Origin: an uncultured Nitrososphaeraceae archaeon
GTDB lineage: Archaea; Thermoproteota; Nitrososphaeria; Nitrososphaerales; Nitrososphaeraceae
NCBI GenBank assembly: GCA_963779615.1
Contig: CAVZZA010000004.1
Span: forward strand, 224,001-288,000
Length of the DNA stretch: 64,000 nt
Direction of reading: 5' to 3'
Each line of letters begins with the position of its first letter. Within the stretch, counting starts at the first letter, position 1. The position numbers were made by a program, and so were the translations under genes. The notes under the pieces are model-generated. The model had not been told where the DNA came from. It did not search any database and worked only from the letters and a program-made list of their open reading frames with translations. Shown here piece by piece: positions 59,429 through 64,000 of this stretch.

Positions 59429-60069
59429 TGATGACTATCCGAATTATTTTCCTTTTGTGTTACTGGTTTTCTAATCCAATCCACAAATAAAGATAGTTTT
59501 GGGGCTACTCAAATAATATTTTTATAAAACAATCATCTCTAAAGACATTTGAGTAGATAGATTCGTCCTAAAAATAAATTATTATAAAGGCGTCTTGGGC
59601 GAAGTTGGCTTAGTCTGGTTGAGGAACAATAAGGGATCGCAGATTCAAAACCGAACTTCTCTTTAAACAACAATAAAAGATGGTTTTTTGACTCTAGGCG
59701 CATTTATCGCAATAGGCTAAAGTTTTAAACTTGTTGCTATATATTCAATAGGTACGTTCTACCAAAATACTTCAATTTAAAAACACCACTTCTAAAATCA
59801 AAGAATCCATTTATAGGACCGATATCAGCACCAAGCCCTCCAAGCCAGTATGTATTCTAGTAACATTATTGGACAGCAGATACAAATGTCTCAAAGTTAC
59901 AATATTGATCTGATGCTACTTCTGTTGTTTTTTTAGGATAGGATTGTTATTTATATGTTTTATCTATACCATACAGGATAAGTAAAATTTCGAAAAAAAA
60001 GAGGTATACTCTCTTGCTCTTCTTCCTTACCAGTCACAAAAGACGATGTGTTAATATCCATATCGTATG

Positions 60070-60385
60070 TCTGTTAATTATCTCCCTTAGCTGTTGATTA
60101 TGTAACATATCGGTATCTTATCGCACTATCCATTGTGCCATTGCATCCTTCCGAAAAATTAGTTGGGAGGGGTGCTATCACATATACAGCGTTACCATTG
60201 CTGTTTGTCATATGCAAGTTCCCACGGTATATGTTAAAAGCAATGCCTATGGGAAATGATCCCATATATATGGTGCTGTGACAGCGATTGTTCAATGGTC
60301 GATTACAGATACGGGGTTGCTAACTTGTTTGCTACATAGGTAAATCCATTATTTGAATTAGAATCAATCTCTTGGTCCGGCTCCC
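60070..60385 (-). pseudogene. highly degraded YVTN-propeller gene 3' remnant
   Basis: GSFPIGIAFN...HMTNSNGNAVYVIAPL...SEGCNGTMD resembles the C-terminus of 48950-51115. Confidence 0.65.
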
Positions 60386-60703
60386 ACTGATGATGCATGA
60401 TTACAGGGGCTAAAGTTTCATTTTTGACGAAGGATTGGTTTACGGACTGGCGTACTACTTTAGAATAGGATATAGTTATCCATCAGGATTTTCATGTGGC
60501 TTATGTCAAACACATTAGGTTTTTCTTTGGGTCAAGAGCGCAAGCAGGAGCCACTTATTAATGAATCCTAATTTAAATCCGGAATGTGGATCATCATAAA
60601 TTATGGACTCTTTTTGCGCAGTGTTTGATTGCTACCCAATAAAGAACTATTAACTAAGATAAATACAAAATAGAATATTATCTTTTGGTATTATTTATTG
60701 AAA

Positions 60704-61180
60704 TTAATAGTCAACAACAGTTGTCATATTTAGCAAATCAGACATTATCGCGTGTGTACCTATAATGGCCCCATCAATTATATCTGAATTGTTGTATCCG
60801 GCTATCTTCAAACAAACTTCACAAATTATTACATTTCCCCCATTATCCATAAAATTTGTTACATTGTTTGTTAATGGATTTAGGCCTAAGTATTGGTGTG
60901 GATGCTTAACACCTAGTTGCACACCTTCAATGCTTAACATTAATGTGACATTATACCCGCTATTTAGCATGGTTTGAGAGTCCAATAGGGCTATAGTAGC
61001 TCTCCAAGGTTCATCACTGCTAAGGTGATACACTAACTTTGTCTCACTACCACTTGCGGTTTTAAGGGATTCTGAATACGCCTGGTGCAATTTAGGATTA
61101 TTTGCAAACATAATCGAAAAGCAAAAAGCAAAAATAATTAACATATAAATTACCTTTATTTTGGTTTTCATTTTATTCAT
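60704..61180 (-). CDS. secreted DsrE/DsrF-like family protein
   Basis: Signal peptide; LVYHLSSD, VTLMLSIEGV and VIICEVCLK. Confidence 0.75.
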   Translation of the reverse strand: MNKMKTKIKVIYMLIIFAFCFSIMFANNPKLHQAYSESLKTASGSETKLVYHLSSDEPWRATIALLDSQTMLNSGYNVTLMLSIEGVQLGVKHPHQYLGLNPLTNNVTNFMDNGGNVIICEVCLKIAGYNNSDIIDGAIIGTHAIMSDLLNMTTVVDY

Positions 61181-62023
61181 ATCCCAATTTTGGATTATTT
61201 AAGAATTTATTTGGAATTTGTCATTTAATAAAAATCAAGGGTGAAGGCTTTTAAATTAAGGAAAGCGGGAGATATCCCAAAGATACTTTCTGTTTTCTTT
61301 ATTTGCTCACGAAACGGGAAACAACATCTACACAATATGATTAGACCCGTCAAATCTTGAATTATGGATTAAGGTAATCCCCTTTGTTTTTAATAATAAT
61401 GCACATAGCATGATAGGCAGAAATTTGAGAATAAGATAACATTGTATCTAGAGTAAATCTATCATTCCATCCATCTTTGTATATAATATAGGGATTCAAA
61501 AGTTAAAATAACAAATATTATGTAATAATTACAAAAAAAATATATTTTTGTGTATATCTTTTCTGTATAGATACCAGTGGAGATAGCTTTCAGAATACCA
61601 AGGATTTAAGTAATGGTATAGATGGTTAAGCACTGAACCAAAGGATTCTAAATAAAAGATAGAAAAAGATATCTAACCTGTTAAGCAGGTCACATGGCCT
61701 TTTAAAGATGTCATAAAAGCACCTTTATCGGCCTTTAATTCTACAGGCACGCACATGAGTCATTTTTTAACGGTGAAAATGAGTCGGAAGCATGGGCCCG
61801 ATAATCCTGTATGTTTTTTTAGTTCCATTCATAAATTATACTATAAAACATGCAGCAGCAGCCTACCTCTCAAACCCCGCAACAACTTGAACACAAGATT
61901 GGCCCTCAAAATCCACATTTTCTGTTTAGATTCCACCAGACCCCCAGAAACCAAAAAAAAGATACTCACAAATTCAGGCATTTCTTGTTCATGCCTGTAC
62001 ATAAAAACGTATAGAAAAGTAGA

Positions 62024-63043
62024 ATGAATGACATGAGTGAGAAATACTTTCAACTGGCTCCTGATTTGGCAATATGCAGAATAGTCAACGGCATGTGGCA
62101 AGTTGCAGGTGGACATGGACAGATTGATCGCGAGTTGGCAGTAGAAGACATGATGCGATATCATGATGCTGGCTTTACCAGTTGGGACCTAGCCGATATT
62201 TATGGCCCGGCAGAGGATTTTGTCGGGCAGTTCAGGCGTAAGCTATTGGCGCTAAAAGGAAAAGAAGAACTCGACAGAATTCAGGCATTAACAAAATGGG
62301 TGCCACAGCCAGGAAGGATTACCCCTTCCTTCGTTAATGAAAATATAGAAAGATCACGTCGCAGGATGGGTGTTAGCTCGCTGGATTTACTTCAATTCCA
62401 CTGGTGGGATTACACCAACTCGCAATACATGGATGCCCTCAAATACCTATCCGACTTGCAGGATAAAGGGATAATCAAGCACTTGGGCCTTACAAATTTT
62501 GATACCGACCGAATGCAGATCATGATAGATTCAGGAATAAAAATTGTATCAAACCAGGTTCAATATTCAATCATAGATCGCAGACCAGAGGTAAAGTTGG
62601 CACCATTTTGCCTGAAACACAACATAAGCCTCCTTGCGTATGGAAGCATCTGTGGAGGGCTTTTGTCAGAGCGCTATCTGGGAAGAATGCAGGAACCACC
62701 TTCTGCTGAGTTAAGCACACTAAGCTTGCGAAAGTACAAGCGAATGGTAGATGCATGGGGCGGATGGAATTTGTTCCAAGGTCTTTTATCGGCTTTGGAT
62801 GTAATTGCACAAAAGTACAATGTGAGCATTGCAAATGTGGCAACCAGGTATATTCTTGACAAGCCTGCAGTAGCAGGTGTTATCATAGGTGCCAGACTTG
62901 GAATAGTTGATCACATAAGCAATAACGCGCAGGTGTTCAACCTTAGTTTGGACAAGTCAGATTGCGAAGTCATAGATTCTGCATGCACAAGGTCGAACAA
63001 CCTGTTTGAGATAATTGGGGATTGTGGTGATGAGTACAGATGA
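62024..63043 (+). CDS. aldo/keto reductase
   Basis: DLADIYG, LTKW, LDLLQFHWWD, LGLTNF and NQVQYS. Confidence 0.92.
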   Translation: MNDMSEKYFQLAPDLAICRIVNGMWQVAGGHGQIDRELAVEDMMRYHDAGFTSWDLADIYGPAEDFVGQFRRKLLALKGKEELDRIQALTKWVPQPGRITPSFVNENIERSRRRMGVSSLDLLQFHWWDYTNSQYMDALKYLSDLQDKGIIKHLGLTNFDTDRMQIMIDSGIKIVSNQVQYSIIDRRPEVKLAPFCLKHNISLLAYGSICGGLLSERYLGRMQEPPSAELSTLSLRKYKRMVDAWGGWNLFQGLLSALDVIAQKYNVSIANVATRYILDKPAVAGVIIGARLGIVDHISNNAQVFNLSLDKSDCEVIDSACTRSNNLFEIIGDCGDEYR

Positions 63044-63149
63044 TCTTTTCCCCACTGTACCTTTATTTTAAAAAAAATACTATCCAATACCCAAATCAGA
63101 AAAAAAGGATTTGGCAAAGAAGCTGTCCGTTCCCTCCTACATGCCAGAG

Positions 63150-63375
63150 TCGAAGCCCCACTTGCCCGCTAATTATATGGTTTCAAATAATTTTTAATTT
63201 CCAATGACCATAGAAAGGAAGGGGGAGGGTACAGATTATTGTCTAAAGTCACAACAATCATCACAAACATAGAGAAGAAGGTAAAGAATCAGCCAAGCAC
63301 ATACAACTGATATAACAATTCTTTCATTATCCGACCTACACCATCGACACGTCAGAAAAATATCGAAATGTTCCT
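63150..63375 (+). pseudogene. degenerate att plus 5' remnant of family-A integrase (start of a further element E5)
   Basis: TCGAAGCCCCACTTGCCCGCTA then TATATGGTTTCAAATAATTTTT...CACAAACATAGAGAAGAAGGTAAAGAATCAG...ATCGACACGTCAGAAA, matching 28013-28220. Confidence 0.8.
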
Positions 63376-63565
63376 ATAGTTAAGCACTAAATGGCATCTG
63401 GAATGAACTTCGCCTCAATCAGGACGAATGCATCCAAAACACCCAGACCTTGGTTAACAACGATCATAAACTATTCAGGCAGGCAAGCAGGCAGGCAGGC
63501 TGCCAAGGGTATAGACCACATATTAAGGATGGAAATTTATTATCTGCACTTATATCTCCTAAAAC

Positions 63566-64000
63566 ATGACCATAGCATTATTTCCAACAAACAAGCCATT
63601 ATTAATATTGGTTTCAATAGTGTTGGCAGGAGCCTTTTTATTCGGATATCCATTGCATCAAACCGTTGTAGCTATAGCACAATCACCGCAGTTACCATCA
63701 TCACTTCCACCACACACACAATCATCAGAACAACATACCCTACCTTCCAACACCTTATTTCACAACACTACTCTCACCAACATTACCAGCACCACATACA
63801 ACACTATCAACGGCACCACCATATTCAATTTACAAAGCCATCTCCTTAACTTGGTATTCAACAAAGTCCAAAATTCCATAGTTCAGATAACCTCTAAAAT
63901 ACCCTCATCGCCTCCCCCCTCATCATCCGCCCCCGACATTCCACAGCCAAACCCGCCTTCAAATACTAATCCTAATGAAGACAAAAATGCAACCGCTTTG
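63566..64000 (+). CDS. N-terminus of a probable secreted HtrA/trypsin-like (S1C) serine protease, runs off the window
   Basis: Manually translated open frame MTIALFPTNKPLLILVSIVLAGAFLFG...LVFNKVQNSIVQITS...NATAL, typical of the region preceding the GSGF motif; catalytic residues are not in the window. Confidence 0.6.
   Translation, partial: MTIALFPTNKPLLILVSIVLAGAFLFGYPLHQTVVAIAQSPQLPSSLPPHTQSSEQHTLPSNTLFHNTTLTNITSTTYNTINGTTIFNLQSHLLNLVFNKVQNSIVQITSKIPSSPPPSSSAPDIPQPNPPSNTNPNEDKNATAL

Larger units (their letters stand above)
53466..59850. mobile_element. decayed integrated element E3
   Basis: Starts with att plus a family-A integrase 5' remnant; ends at degenerate att CCAAGCCCTCCAAGCCAGTA preceded by the same flank as 53437-53465. 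Confidence 0.6.
59831..63171. mobile_element. decayed integrated segment E4 (no integrase left)
   Basis: Lies between degenerate att copies at 59831-59850 and 63150-63171. Confidence 0.5.

Noticed and set aside
63391-63849. His/Gln-rich 152-aa ORF
   Set aside because: Alternative frame of the signal-peptide-bearing ORF starting at 63566, which looks like a real protease N-terminus.

Overview
Archaeal chromosome segment from an ammonia-oxidising archaeon (Nitrososphaeraceae; the 16S, the AT-rich core and phaEC point to Ca. Nitrosocosmicus or a close relative). Positions 1-28 kb are core genome: a sugar-modification cluster, a CDP-alcohol phosphatidyltransferase, rps26e, an NAD kinase-wHTH fusion, pyrG, trpCBA, thrS, agmatinase, polB, a 16S-23S rRNA operon (no spacer tRNA, no linked 5S) and a PHA locus (hydrolase, haloarchaeal-type PhaR-like AbrB protein, phaC, phaE). 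From the intron-containing tRNA-Arg(TCT) at 27943-28031 to the window end lies a tandem array of at least 4-5 integrated elements. They are delimited by five copies of the tRNA 3' end (28013, 43749, 53466, 59831, 63150) that decay with distance from the tRNA, and two integrase families are involved. The cargo includes a bacterial-like redox cassette (SthA-like flavoprotein, BASS transporter, DyP peroxidase, DUF4331) and a recurrent HTH/coiled-coil gene. It also includes six members of a modular secreted protein family, plus a detached YVTN remnant. The members share a signal peptide and a conserved Cys/Gln/Asn N-terminal module but carry different C-termini (NHL propeller, YVTN propeller, Ig-like, collagen). 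Many frameshifts in the island are single-base insertions and may be sequencing errors.
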